From assembly GCF_009914755.1 (NCBI RefSeq), contig NC_060929.1: a DNA stretch of 64,000 bases. The stretch is one strand, 5' to 3'. Position 1 is the first letter of the stretch, and each line of letters starts with the position of its first letter. This DNA comes from the human T2T-CHM13v2.0 reference genome, Homo sapiens. Under the pieces are notes generated by a model that saw only the letters and a list, made by a program, of their open reading frames with translations, did not search any database and was not told the DNA's origin. This document shows positions 27,001 through 43,402 of the stretch, piece after piece. The translations under genes were made by a program, and so were the position numbers.

Positions 27001-28364
27001 AGTATAGATTTGCTCTTAATATCATGGGTGAGTGACTAAAACTGTGAATCCTTTCCCAGGAAAATGTACTACATTCACAACCAAAATTATATGAATTTGC
27101 AGGGAATTTTTTTTAGATCTCCTGAGGCCTGAGCATGGAAGGCCTAGGTTGGTGGTTGTCACCTTTTAGTGCTTAAGAATTACTTAAACATCTTGTTGAA
27201 AACATTCATAATTCCTACCCCAGAGATTTTGGTTCAATAAGTCTGCAATGAGGGCTAGAATTTTAGGTGTTAATAAACAACTATGTAATACCATCTAAGG
27301 ACCAGACTTTGAGGACCAGTGCTTTAGGGGTCCACAAGTCTCAAATTAAGAATCCTGCTTCACTACGACTCACCAGATCAAAGAAAGAATCACAAAAGAA
27401 AAATGATCCACTTGGGGTTATTTCTTCCTTCTTCTCTCCCCTCTTTCTTCCCTTTGTTCCTCCATCTGTCAATGCTGGGCACTATTCTAGGAGTTGAAGA
27501 TACAGCAGTAAGCAAAACAGGCCAGAATTTTAGCTCTCATGGAGTGTTTGCTGTAATTGGATGACAGACAATACACATGCAAATAATTAAAATATATGGT
27601 GTATCAGATAGGTGATAAGTACTTTGGAAAATAAGCCAGGGAAGATGAAAGAGTACTGGAGGTAAGTGTGTGGTTCTACCATTTTAATAGGTTAATCTCA
27701 TCACCAAGAGGGTAACATTTGAGCAAAGATCTGAAGGAGATGAAAGAGCAAGCAATGAAGAGATATCTGGAATAGAGTATTTGTTTCAGGCTGGAGAGAA
27801 CAACAACTCCAAAGTTGGCTAGTGTTGGTGGGCTGGAGTTGTAGGAGATTATGTCAGGGAGGTTTAGATTGCATAGGGCCTTGAGTGAGTTGGGGACCCA
27901 CTAGAGGGTTTTCACAAGAGAAGTGATTGCTGTGACTTGGATTATAGAAATCTCAGCTTCTGCACTACACCTCTTCTACTTGAATTGATCCCTGTTGAGG
28001 TCAGTATGCTGGCCAACTGCCTTCAAAAGCCACATTTCCCACTGAGATAAGAATAGGAATATAGACAGAATAGCCCGAGTGACACAGAGGGAGAAGTCTG
28101 CTGCACAAAGGAGCTGGGCATGAGTTGAGCGAACAGCCTTTCCTGGGGTATCCCATAATTACATAGTTGGCTTAGAGCAGAACCCAGGGCTATTCCCACC
28201 TGTAGCAGATTCTTCAAGGGCTTATAATTCAAAACAAAAGAAAACAAAATAAAAAAAAAAACCTAGTTTAGAATGCAATAAGGAGATTCAGTGGATGCAA
28301 TAGATCTCTAGAAATGAAAGGGGAAATTGAGCACCTGGCAAATACTCATTTTCCATTTCTACAG

Positions 28365-28522
28365 GATGGAGAAGATGAAAGTGCAGAGCATGATGAATAT
28401 ATTGATGGTGATGAAAAGAACCTGATGAGAGAAAGAATTGCCAAAAAATTAAAAAAGGACACAAGTGCGAATGTTAAATCAGCTGGAGAAGGAGAAGTGG
28501 AGAAGAAATCAGTCAGCCGCAG
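28365..28522 (+). CDS. CWC27: CWC27 exon 10 (158 nt): DGEDESAEHDEYIDGDEKNLMRERIAKKLKKDTSANVKSAGEGEVEKKSVSR(S)
   Basis: tttctacag|GAT acceptor, AG|gtgagt donor; matches ORF 28314..28526. Confidence 0.96.
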
Positions 28523-30812
28523 GTGAGTCAGTTACTGTGCTAGATATCAGAGTTTTTGTCTTTTTATATTTCACTTTAATTCAGATTGAATCCTCTCTTC
28601 AGCTAATTTTTAAAATACTATTTTCATAATGTTTGATAAACATAACAGTTGTACAAATTGGCCCATTAGCAGGCCTAAAATAAAATACACCAAGCTTAAA
28701 GTAAACATAACAATGATCCTATGAGTTCAATTCCATTTTATTTCTCTCTGATCCTTTTTTAGAAAGGCTCTATACTTTCATATATATAGGGTAATAATGT
28801 ATTAGCTAGATGTGGAAGAATGCATTTGTTAAATACCAATGAGAGCAGTAGAGTAATTGTATAGAAAGAAAAGAGACATCCTCAAATAATTTCGGTAAGC
28901 AAAATTTGTCAAAACTGATGAAGAAAATGAGTGAGCCTGAAAACATTCTTAAATATCTTTTCAAGTCTGATTTACCAAATACCATATACCTATCCTAAGC
29001 TCAGTAGTATCATAAAATAAATTTCAGCAAATGGTGAAAAGTTTACTGTCTGGTGATGAAAGTTTGTTGGATTTATGACTCAACATTTTATTCTCCTGAA
29101 ATTCAACTTAATTGAAAAATTATCTCTTTTGTGATTCTATTTCAACTTTATAGTATACATTTTAAATAATATTGCTTTAAAAAACAATAGTATTTGTTTT
29201 CTTCAAATACTATTTGGGGATAATATGAATGTAACTACATTTAAATAACATTCTTTTTCCCTATCATGTTTCTCAACCACATGTAGAAAAACTTAAAAAG
29301 GATTTCCACGCTATCATTGCATAGCTCCCTCAATTTTTTCTTTATGTAATCAAATAAAAATGATTCCCAGAAATTTCCACTAAAAGCATAGCTTTTAACA
29401 TTTAGAAATGGTACTTAGGAGTCATCTTAAATGTCTTTTTTCCAGCAATATTCACCTGACACTCAAGTAATCACTGTTGAATAATTTTACATACTAGATT
29501 ATATTATATATACCATACATAGTAGCTAATATAGACTAAAGATTTTAGTGATCATATGCATGCTTCTAGATTCATAGAGTTGAAAAACCTCTCATTCACA
29601 CTGTAACTTTTAGTTAAATCATGAATATAATTATGGATACATAATGTTTTATTCCTCTCATTCAAGGCATGTGTTTTCTGATTTTAAAAAATTATGAATT
29701 TTTTTAAAGGTTAGGTTTATAATGTAACAAAAATATATTTAAAAATTTTAATAGATGAGCCAACCAAATATTTATTTATGTTAGATTTAAGTGTTCCTTA
29801 AACTCCCAACTCAGTCTTGTAGGCTTTAATCAATTTCAAATACTTATATACCCTATAATATAAACTATAATTTAGCAATGCTAAATTTTGTATAAGAACT
29901 AAAGTTCATTTTTAATGTACCTTTCATAAGTGTCTTTAAAAAATTGTTTACCTAATATTAAGAAAAGTCAAAGTTTGCATTTTCCAAAATTGTGTTCACT
30001 CTTACAATTAAGGGTTATTCTTAAAAGATTTCCTTGGCTGTAGTATGGGCCTGATGACCAAACATGGCATTGATAGCTAGATTTAGGAATCTGATCTATC
30101 ATGAGAATACTGGAGAGCCACTGAAGTTTTTACAGGCAAATGATATATTGAGATTGTATTTAGTATGGAGAATGGATTGATAGAGGAGTGTTTTGGGCTA
30201 TTATACAAAATACCATAGACTGGATGACTTAACAGACATTTAAAGCTTAGTTTTTATGGTAATTTCTTACATAGGAACATATATATCCACTTACTTATGT
30301 AAACAATTTTTCTCTTTTTATAAATCAGTATAATTTGCAAAATTAAAATCACATAATTTGTATATTCACTGTAGAGGAAAAAGTTATATTCAAGTGCATT
30401 GCAAGTCTACTAAGAAAATTAAATAAATTTAAAAAGTACGTTAAATACTTTTCTACTTAGAAAAGTAAATTAAATAAGAAGTCTCCAAAGGTGGCTTGAA
30501 TATTTTAGGTAAACATGAGTATTGTGGACATTGTTGGATTCTTTTAGGTAAAATAATTGGCAAAGTGTGCCTTTGTAAATGGTGCAGACAGCACACATTT
30601 ATTTATAACTGTTCTGTTCCCCCACATTTTCATTATTCACATTCTCTACTCTCCCTCCTTCATCCTATCTGTCCTACCTACAAAGAGAAACAAAAGAAAA
30701 ATAAGGTCAGGATAGAGGAGAAAGTACAGAATTTCAAAAGGAAGAAACAGTTTTTTCCTCTAGTGTAGAAATTTCCATGATTGTCTCATGACCACGTATT
30801 TTTTTCAGTTCA

Positions 30813-30980
<168 letters not shown>

Positions 30981-31734
30981 ATTTTAATAAATTTCCAAAT
31001 CATTAGTACTTTTGGTTATTTATACCAGCGAGTCTCTGAAGTTAACTTTATGGTTAAAAAATAAAACAACACAGGAAAGCTCCAAATGTACTGAAAAACT
31101 ACAACGTGGTAAAAGGGATAATTATATTTAAAGGAAAGTCACTGCTCAGTTTGAGTTATAATGGGTATAGCTGCCAGCCAGATAGGATGTCAGTGTGATA
31201 TCATTATCTATTCAAAAATGTGTACTCTTGATACATGAGTTTTCATCAGGGTGTGCTTGAAGTACTCTATTATCCTTTGGTCATTCTTCCATTTAAGCAG
31301 TAGGATCAGAAACTAGACTAGCCCACCAGCCCTTTAAGCAATGAGCCGTTCAAAGTATAATTTTACTGAAAACGTGTGGTATTGCTTCTATTGGTAAGGA
31401 AACATCTGGAATCTGTTAAAGCTGGTTATCACTTTTGGATGTTAAACCTACACATGTATTTATTGAGTGCTTAATATTTAAACTGGGGAATGATATTTAA
31501 CAGAATAATTTTCAACAAGTTTACATATAGTAGGATCTTCTCCTAGTAATGTGTTCTCAACAATGTCTCTAGTTGTTCATTTGAAAAAAGAGCTCAGGGG
31601 AAATACAAATCCAAAACGCTTCCTAGTTTCTCTCCTTAGAGAATCGGCACCCTTATATCTATTCTGACTTCCTAGGATTTCTAATCCCTTGTCTCTTCCC
31701 TTTTTAAAATGTACCAATCCCACTTTCTTTCCAG

Positions 31735-31942
31735 CCCACCTTCTCTATGCCTGTATCTTGACTACTGGATACAGCTCAGCAGAATCACACAGGCATATAC
31801 AAGCTGGTATTATTATGGATTTCTAGATTCCAGCCTCAGCTGTGTCTCCAGTGCTTCCTTATTACTCACTCGCCACAATGTTTACTTCACACTTCAAACT
31901 CACTCAACGGATCACCTGGCTGCTTGTTTTTTTATGAAATGA
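31735..31942 (+). CDS. CWC27: Candidate alternative terminal exon of CWC27, coding part (SPPSLCLYLDYWIQ...AACFFMK*)
   Basis: ctaat branch-like motif 31681-31685, AG-free pyrimidine-rich stretch, ctttctttccag|C acceptor in phase 2 matching the exon 10 donor; open to TGA 31940-31942; AATAAA at 32678. Confidence 0.6.
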
Positions 31943-32209
31943 GAGTAAATTTCTTCAACCCGTATTTCTTTCTCTTCCCCGCTTCGAGAGTAAAAACTAA
32001 CAAAACCATTCCATTTTATTTCTTGTCCCTACCTCCTTCCTATTTATTTCTAAATACATATCATCTAGCTTCTCACCTACCACTCCACTGAAACTACTTC
32101 CACTAAGGCCATCTAGTTGATAATCGACTGGCTACTTTCCATTTTTTTTTCTTGGTCTTCCTGCTCTGGAGATTTTTGTCTCTTTTCTCTTGAGACTAAT
32201 CTCTCTCAA

Positions 32210-32380
32210 GAACCTTACTATTTAAAGTGTGATCTGTGAAGCAGTAGCATTAGTATCACTTGGGAACTTGTTAGAAATACCGAGTCTCAGGCCCTGTCCT
32301 ACACATTTTTAATTAGAATCTGCATTCTAACAAGATCCCCAGGTGATTTTTGTGTGCATTAGTTTGAGAAGCAGTCCTGT
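32210..32380. mobile_element. MER5A-like hAT element (others near 16320-16490, 27170-27325, 35155-35295)
   Basis: agcattagtatcacttgggaacttgttagaaat...agaatctgcattctaacaagatccccaggtgatt. Confidence 0.75.
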
Positions 32381-33287
32381 AGAATATTAATTTTTATCCC
32401 TACTGCTCCTGGATGAGTTCAAGTTTGTATCATGTTAGTTCCAAGGTCAGCAAGTTGTCAGCAAGTTGGTACTATATTCCCTGACTCCTTAGTGCAAACC
32501 TATGTGCACCCTTTTCACACTCCTGTAATATTAGGTTACATATACATTTTTTCTTCTTTGTGTATCCTTATACTGTAACTTTCTTGAAGGTAGTGATCAT
32601 ATCCATTTACATTTGTATCTCCATGTTCAAACAGCGTAGGTACCCAAATATTTTTGTAAATACATGAACAAAAAATGAATAAATTCTTCTTTGGCAAATC
32701 ACTTTCTCCTCTGGATCTTGTAAGTAGCTTGCTTGTATTTTCAATAGGGATTTATTGATTCGCCTCTCCTCTGCCTAAACTAAGCTCTTTAGAGACTATG
32801 TCTTATTTATCTTTATATCCTCAGAGGCGGCTAATATCTTAAGCATATAGTAACTGGTCATTAAACTTTGTGGAATGAGTGGATAAATAAAATATTTAAT
32901 TAATTATGTTCCATTATAGGAGTGGTTTTCACTCCTAACCGCACATTAGGCTCACGGAGGAGGCTTTGAAAAATACTAATTCGTAGGCCCCTCACCCACA
33001 GATTCAGAATTGTCTGGTCTGAGGTAAAGTCTGGGAAGATCCTTCTTTAACTTTTAAACTTTTAATTTAAGTATAATATACAAACAATGTGTCTATTAAC
33101 TATATTTCATAGTGCACATAAGTATACAGCTAGCTGAATTTTTACAAACTAAATATATCCATATACCCATCACCCAGATCAAGAAACAAAAAATTGCCAT
33201 TACCCATAAATTCACCTCTTGCCCCATTCTAGTTACTTCCCCCTCATCTCCTAATAGTAACCACTTTTCTAACCTTTAAAACAATAT

Positions 33288-34790
<1,503 letters not shown>

Positions 34791-37700
34791 TACTTTTCTC
34801 ACATCTAAGAGCATACATTAATTTGGGGCAATATACTTTATCAAAGCTCTGTAGATATTCTAATATGCATTCAGTGTTAAGAATTCTACTCCCAAACACA
34901 TACCTCCTTGATTATTTCTGAGGTATAGAATAATGTAAAAGTGGATGATATTTTGTAGGGTTACCTCAGGTCTTTCACAGAACTTTTGCAGTTCAACAGG
35001 GTTAAGACATTTATCTCAGCTGCACTTGATTTTAATCTTAAGAAAGATAAAAGGGTCAAGAAAGTGAGAATCAAGTAATTTTAGAGAAAGAAAATAAGAT
35101 ATTTGGGTGTTTCTAATGTTTTTTTAAAATGTGGCTGATAAGGAATAAAATCAGTATCTCTCAACCTTGTTTGTACATTTGAATCATCCCATTCCTGAAC
35201 AAGCTGTTCATAAATTTTGGTATTCAGCCATAAGAAATTTTTAAAAACACTCCATGTAAGTCTAATATCCAGCCAAGGTTGATGAAAACTGGGGTAGTTT
35301 GCAGCTTGTTTTGGAAAGTCCTATTTTAAAGCTTATTGTAAAGAATCCTTTTTTGCCTGTAGGTGGAGCTCAGCTACTGCAAGTTGATCATGTAAATCAG
35401 ATTGTGTTGTCTTTCCTGCTTGTTTTTAGCATCTGTATATTGATACATAATAAATGACTAAACAATAAAATCAGCTGTAATAAGTGGACCAGATAGTAAA
35501 AAATCAGTGGTTTGTTAGGATGATTACAGCATTATAGTAATGCTATCTTTTATTGTGCAATTTCTATCATCTATAATTTTATTGTGATTCTAAATTTTTA
35601 TTGTGATTCTAAATTAATTACATCAAATTGAAATATAAATGAAAGAAATCTTAACATATACCTTAAAATCACAATCATTAAAAATTTCATGATAATCTTT
35701 ACGGTTAACTAGAAGGGCATCAGTCTTAGTGTTTGAACAGGTTCTAACTTTATCAGCCATGTTCTACTTATATGCCATGTTTAGTTGACTGCAGCACTGT
35801 TCCATTTTTAAGAAAAAATGATCTTATTTGATAAAGTTAACTGGAATTTGTGTTTTGCTCAGGAGTTCTGTTAGGTTGACTGAATATGAGATATATAACT
35901 ATAATGATAGCATCAGGAATTTAGATATGAATATTGAAGTTGAAAATAAAGATCTTATGAATTGATTAAGCTCTAAATTGTGGAGCATGGGATAATAGAG
36001 TCATGTTTTCATACCTTCTAAGGTCTGGATGAACACCTAAATTAGCTGTTAGTGTTTCAGATCTTCTTTTGTTGGGTTTGAAATATATGATTAGGAATTC
36101 TTATGGAACTTTGGATATTTTTTCCCCAGAATTTCTAGACTTCTCAGAAAAATTAATAAGCTTCTTCTCGTACTTAGATAATTTTTGACTCTTACTGTAC
36201 TTTGTGTCTGGATTCTCTTACTTTATGGTTAGATTTAGGAAGTACAGAGTTATCCTTAGTAAATAAACATTGTTTGCTTTAGGAAATTTAAAAAGATAGT
36301 TCAATATTTAAATTTCAAAAATTTAAAGGATAGTATACATTTTTAAATGATAGTACAAATTAAAAAAAACAGGTTAGTAACAAACATTGAAACCCACAGA
36401 TATTATAACAACCCAATTCAAACCATTGAAATTATCATCTCTAGGATGTGCCTCTCTTCATCTCACAGAAGATTTATAAGCAAAGAGTGAAATTAACTAG
36501 GACTAGAACATTTCTGCTTCCTTTCATTCTCTTTTGTCCCAACGTGTTGGACTGAAGCAGACAGTAAAAGAAAGGAAGAGAAATAGAAATCCAAGATCTA
36601 TATACTGGGTAGTTGGTCTCTGAATAAAGAAAATTTGCAGTTGTTTTTTTGCTTTGGTATGGAGTAGTAGTAATCCAAATGTTGTATTTTCAGGAAATCT
36701 TTCTGTTTAACAGCAAATATTAAGCTTTGGACCAGTCTCAGGTTTAATGAAATTTACATGCTAATTTTTACTAGAACTTGATTTTTATTTTTGTATATTT
36801 TTTCCTAACCAATCATTCTATTCTCAAATATATGTTATTCGTGTTCCCAGCCACTGTGTAAGAACTGGTGCGTGCCAGGAAGTGGTAGGCTCCAGGAACA
36901 TGAAAATAAAGGAGATATGGTTTCTATCTGGAAATGTTCACAATATAGTGTAAGAATAAGAATTGTCAACAATTAATTACAATTCAGTATGACAAGCGCT
37001 CTGCTAGACGTGCATACAAAGTGCTATGGATGTTAAGTAGGCAGTATATATTTCAGGAAAAGATCAAAATACCAGATTTAAAAGGGTTGAACAAAAATTG
37101 CCATTTTTGCAAATCAAAAACAGTCAAATATCAGCAATTTCATATGTATGACTCTGATGCTAATAAAATAAGTCATTTTTTGGAGCTACTATTTAAAAGG
37201 AATAACACTTTAACATTATATTCAATTATTTAAATAATGTTGCATAATCTCTCAATGTAGACTAGGTGGTTTGTTTTAATTGCCTTTACCAGTTATGGTT
37301 AAAATTTTGGAATAGTATTAATTGTAATAGAAACCATACTATATTTAGCATTTCTGGCAAGCTTCCATTTTTCTTCTGTTTGGACATTAATAGCAATAAT
37401 TTTTGGATATTCTGGACTAAACTGTTTCTTGGGCCACTTGAAATAAAAATACCACTTTTAAAGTGCCTATTCAGTTCATTGAGAACCAGTTAATCCGTAT
37501 CCAAGGAATCACCTTCAAAACAAACAAACAAAAAAAATCCTTGAACTTCAGCTATGTATATCAGAAATATGACAACCCTACTGTTTTTACAATTAGATTT
37601 TGTATGGCAGACAGGAAGCAGTGAAATGCACATGTGGGAGAAGCTTCTCTTGTCAAAATAGAAAAGAGGTATTTGCATCTCTTTAGAATGTATTGATTTA

Positions 37701-38098
37701 TATTATCCTTGAGAGTTAGAATCCATTGATCTCACTGCATCAGTTTATAGGGAATAGAATTGTGCATTTGAAACATAGATTTGACATTATGTGCAGAAAA
37801 ACATTCTTTAAGTTATTCAGCATTGGTCTCTACCCCGGAACAAATATAGTCATGTTGAAAAATTGTGAAATATTCACTGCTTTCTGGCCTTTTTAGGCCA
37901 TATACTGTGAATTCCCTGTAAATTAAATTGGAAAGTATAGTTTGGGAAGAGAAGGGCCACTGAAGAAGTAAAGTTCTTCTTTGTTTTACACAAAGTTGGA
38001 AGTACATGAAGTTATGCAAGAGCCTGAGGGAAAATTATAATTAGTGATTTTATTTTTGCTATCTCTAGCTCTTCTTTTACTCCCCTTTTCCTCTAACT

Positions 38099-38332
38099 CA
38101 AGCTTGTCCAACCCGTGGCCCATGGGTCACATGCAGTCCAGGATGGCTTTGAATGCAGCCCATCCTGGGCTTTCTTGGCAAACTTTCTTAAAACATTATG
38201 AGATTTTTTTTGCGATTTTTTTTTTTTTTAGGTCATCAACTATTATTAGTGTTAGGGTATTTTATGTGTGCCCCAAGACAACTCTTCTTCTTCCAGTGTG
38301 GCCCAGGGAAGCCTAAAGATTGGACACCCCTG
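38099..38332 (-). mobile_element. MER30 hAT DNA transposon
   Basis: caagcttgtccaacc...gtggcccagggaagcc.aaagattggacacccctg, with terminal inverted repeats. Confidence 0.9.
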
Positions 38333-39324
38333 CAACTGTTCAGGGGCTTTACTACCCTTTGGATACCACTTCGGTTTTGCACAGTCATTTAGTTCTTCCT
38401 TTGAACTAGGTACTGCACTGGGGCCCAAAATACTGAAATTAGTAAGTATCAGTCTCCTTTCAAGTTGCTTAGTTTCTAATAAGCAACTTGAAAACAATAC
38501 CTAACCTATACAAATGAATAAGGGCTGTGAAGGGTTCATAGGTGTTCTGGCTAGGAAATTGTTCTGTTATTCCACAGATATTTATTATTATTCTACCTTG
38601 GGGTCAGACACTTTGCTAAATCAACTTATTTCCCTAATATAACTTCCACAGCAAAGGTATAAGATATACTTTGTTTTATGATCCTTCTTTTACAAATGTA
38701 AAAACTGTACTTTAAGAGGTTAAGTGACTTGCATTATGTCCCATAGCTAGAAAGCAGCGACACCAGTACTTGAACCTGCAATGGTATGACACCTCTACAG
38801 AGCCTAGAGAGGGGTTGGCCAGAGCCAAGTCATGTGTGTCCAGCTAAAGAAAGACTGACATGAAATGTTTCTAGCAAAGATGTGACATTATTTCACATAT
38901 ATTATAATATAACTCTTTGTAAGCATAGGGGATGGATTAGAAGGAGACTGAAGCAGAAAGACGAATTAGATTATTACACTAGTCCAGGGAGAAGTAATAA
39001 GGGCCTAACTAAGGTGTAGTATCTGTGGGGATGGATTTGAGAGATATTAAGGAGGTAGATTTATTAAGACATGGTAACAGATTGGATGTAGGAGACCTGA
39101 AGGTATATTTCAAATATACCAAAGGTATATTCCAGATGACTCCTAGTTTTCTGGCTTGGAAGACTGGCTAAGAAGTAGTAGTAATAAGCATTGAGATAGG
39201 AACACTGGATATTCCTACTCCTCTCCTCAGATATTTTTGCCCTGTTGGTCCTTTCTGATATACCTCTGTTTTGCTACACATAAACGTATATCCTGAATTG
39301 TTTCTTATTCAATTGCTTTCTTTA

Positions 39325-40870
39325 TTAGTCAGCTATATTAGGTTATGCACCCAAATCTCAGTGGCTTAAAAATCTCAGCTAATATTTGTTTTCTTGCTCT
39401 GGCTACATCCTGATGGGCAGCTGTGGATCTGCTCCACATCATCTTCATTCTAGGCCTGGGATGAAGGAACAGCTCCTCTCTGAAATGTGCTACTCTCATG
39501 GCAGGAGGAAAAGAGTGATGAAGGAATGATATGCTGGCTCTTAAAGCGTCTGCTTCGAATTGGCATATGCCACTTTATTTCACTGGCCAAAGCAAGTTAT
39601 ATCGTTAAGCCTGATGTCAATAGGATGAAGTATAAACCTTTCATAGGGAGGAGCAGTGAACTGTTGGAAAAGATAATGCAATCTACTACAGTCTCTACGA
39701 TTTAAACAGAAATTGCTGTCTACATCTATGACTATGTAGTAAGTTTGATCATCATATTCCTGGCAGCCTGGAGGAAGAAAATGGCAAATATAATAAAAAT
39801 TATATAATTACCATTACCTGAATTTTTAAAAAAACTATATATCAATTCCTAGTTATTTCAGACTTCTAGAAGTACAAAATTCTAAAGGAAATTTTATCTT
39901 ATCAGTCTTTACACCCAAGGGTGGAGAAGAATACAGTGGATATCTTCCATAATTTCACAGATGAATAACACTTCATATACATACAACATTAAATTGTAAC
40001 TTTCTTATTAGATATCTTAAGAATCCTTTGGTTATAAGGAATAGAAACCCACTCAAATTAGCTCAAGTAAAGGAATTTCTGTATGAAGGAATAGGGGAGT
40101 TGTATAGAATCCAGATAAAAGAATTGCATACAGTCTTTTCAAGAAAGCAAGTTGTCAGGAAGTTACATTTTCTCTCTTTTTTTGCAGCTTTTCTCTTATA
40201 CTTTTCTTTTATTCATTTGTTCCATTATCCTCACATACCTGTTTTCTCCATAGAGCTCTAGTCTGCTACTTGTTGCAGTTGAGTTCTTCAGAAGTAAATT
40301 GACTGGATTTCTGTGTCCAAAATCTGAATATTTGGGAGAGAGAATCTTATTGGCGTGGCCCAGGTCAGGTGTCCACTCAATTATGCCATTGATAGAGGAA
40401 ATGGAAAGCCACGAAGTATGCAGATGTGGCAAGGATGGGTAGCTCCTCCAACATCTATCCTTCCTTCCCTCTTACCAGAATGCCAGTGTTTAACTGGAGT
40501 CATGGCTGCTTAACTGAAACACATTCATCAGTCTCCTTCATTGTTAAGTATGGTCGTATGACCAAATTTTGGCTAAAGAGGTGAAACAGAAATGTGTCAG
40601 ACATTCAGGCCGTCTTTTTTAAAGGAAGGAAGAAAGAAGCTAGCCCTCTTTCGTACCTGCCTCTTCCTGTCAGCCTGGCACACAGATTTGATGACTTGAG
40701 CTAAGGACGGTAGAATAGAGAGGAGCATGCGTCCTTGAAGACTTCGTGGAACCATTGTTGCAGCTTGAAATGCCTACCTCTGGACATTTCCTATATGAGA
40801 TAAACTACCTTTCAGGTTGATTCAGTCACATTATTTGAAATTTCTCTTATGTGTGGTAGAACCCAAAATG
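39325..40870. mobile_element. Cluster of ancient LTR fragments (MLT1-late/LTR16-like)
   Basis: cccaaatctcagtggcttaaa; cactggccaaagcaagt; gcctacctctggacattt motifs; subfamilies uncertain. Confidence 0.5.
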
Positions 40871-43402
40871 ATACAAGGCAGCTTTTTTTCAGGCCTGTGA
40901 ATAGAGCAGGTTCTCTAAGATGGGAATACAGCAGGGAGGAAACGAATGGCTGCATCATTATTTCTAATAGTTTTTGTAGTTGATTTTCTTGTTTTTCCTG
41001 GAAGAGAGTCATATCACTTTGCAACACCCAGCATCTCTACCCCTCTTCTCACTTTTGGCTGATCACCTTGTATTTCATTAAGAAACAGAAGCAGTGAGAG
41101 AGAACTTGTTCCTTTTCCCACCACCAAATCTACCTATCTGCATCTGAATCTATTTTCTTCTGGCAAGGGCAACCCCTTCACTCTGTGTCCTGGTCCTCAT
41201 ATCCTTTTACTTTCTCATATGTTTTGGCCGTGCTATTACCCACTTTACTCTTTTTGCTCACTTTGCACCAAGCATATTCTTCTCATACCAAGGTCACTCC
41301 TCTTTCAGGCCTCTGCACTTCTAGTTACCTCAGCATGAAACTTTCTTCTCTGAGTTATTCTTAGTAGCCATTCATTCTTTTTGTTCAGTCCCTTGCTCAA
41401 ATATCATCTTAACAGAGAGGCCTTTTCAGACTATACTATTTAAAACAATTTGCCTCTATTCTACCAGGGGTACTTATTCAAGTGACCTAAAGACAAATTT
41501 ATAAAATTTGCTTGACTTTCATAAAATACATATGTTAGGATCTACTCCTCTAAAACAACAACAACAACAACAAAACCTCAGTAGGTTTAGTATATAATTT
41601 AGAAATCATTTTTTTCTACAAAGTTCTACAACTTTTTAAGAACTAACAACCACTGTAGTGTTTATCAACATTAATCTTCTAAATGAGTGGATTTGTTTAA
41701 TTTTGTTAGTTTTACTGAATCTTGGCCTTTATGTGTAATTGTCTTATAACAGCAGACACAATATAAACCATTCAGTAATGACCTACTTTGAAGTCTCACA
41801 GAATTCATTATGATTATTTCCTAGCTTTTTGCTAGTTTTGATATGTTAGTGATATTTGATCTCTCCTCCCTCCTTACTCTTTATTATTTAGATATAGCTA
41901 TACCATGAGTCTCAGTTATTTAATTTATGTGTGTGCATATATATTGATTTAATTGTTTTTACCATTTAAATGCACCTATGTGAGTGTTAAGCCTTCAGTA
42001 GGATTTCCATTTTTATTTTGAAGCACATCAGTGCCTTGTTATATCTTTAAATGTAATTTCACATTTGATTTATTTTTTGTGTACTCACATTTCTTTTAGA
42101 GACCCTTAATACATGTTACTGCTTTTTCTAATTCCTAATTTTATGTTGTGAACTTAGCCTGCTTTTCATTTTAACATTTATGGTGTTGATTTACCTACTT
42201 CTTTACAGTTATCTTATTTTAAAAGTCTAAAAATTATATGATAATTGGTGGGTTTCTGCTCTTTCTGAAAAGTACTTTTCTTAAGGTCAAAGGCAGATGT
42301 TAATTGGCATATGAGTTTAAGTTGCTGAATCACTTCTTTTTAATCTGTATTTTCAATTTGTTCTGGAAATTCATTAGATCAAAGGTATGTATGTACTCAA
42401 TAGATAGGAAGTTAGATTTGTCCTTACTGTATATTTGATTTTCTTGATTCTATTGAAAAAAGAATGTTTTCTTAGCTTTGAAAGTTATATAATGACTTCC
42501 TGCCAATTTCTTCTTCCTTTTAGATAAGCGTTTACTTTAGTTTTATTAGTCATTACAAATTAATAGAATTTCCGGATATGCTTTTTTTGCTCACAATATT
42601 GACAGTAACTTGAAATATTTTAAAGACAGGCTTTGTTTAATGAAGTTAAAACGAAAAGCCTTTGGCTTGGCTCCAAAGCATCCAGATAAATATTACATAG
42701 GCCTGGGACAAAGACTAGGGTGTTATGGGACCTTGTATTTTATATCCTGCTGCTGTTTGGTAAGAGTAAGTTTTGGGTGAAGTATGTATGTACATGTCTA
42801 GTCACCTATAAAAAATGATATATGTAGCTGACCTGTGGAAATACATTTAGTGTGATAGAAGGTGAGGTTATCTAATCCTGATGGTACTGGAGAATAGCCC
42901 AGAAATCAAAGACCAGGATAACATTGCAGTTATTCAACAGCCTTATTGTTTGGCTTTATACTCATTCTCAGGTAGGATTTCTTAGTATTTTAGTGAAGTT
43001 TTAAAAATTATGTTTTGTTCCTTTTATTGTTTTAGCCTGTGCTGTATAGTATGAAAATAATTATAGAACAAAATGTGCTTACCTTTTAGTAGCTATTTAA
43101 AGATATTTGCTCCTAGGTTTTATGGTCAATTAATTAGTAATGAAAATACACATGTTGCTTAGCTTTTTCGTATATGTTGGGAGCATAGGTGAATAAAGGC
43201 AAATAAAGTTAAAAAGCAAGTTGGGATCTAGATTATTTTGTCTTTTTAATGCTAGGTTCGGATGTTTGCAGAAGACAATGGTCACTTGACTTTAAGGAGA
43301 CAAAGTGAGAGGTTTCCTTTTGTTAGCCAAACTAGCTTTATTTCTAAATTGTGTCAGTGAACTATAATAATTTTCAGTGGGACAAAAGGGACATCATACT
43401 GG

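Noticed and set aside
35575-35615. 19-bp tandem duplication (also aagagttttaagatat twice near 48483-48519)
   Set aside because: Ordinary slippage duplications with no functional cue
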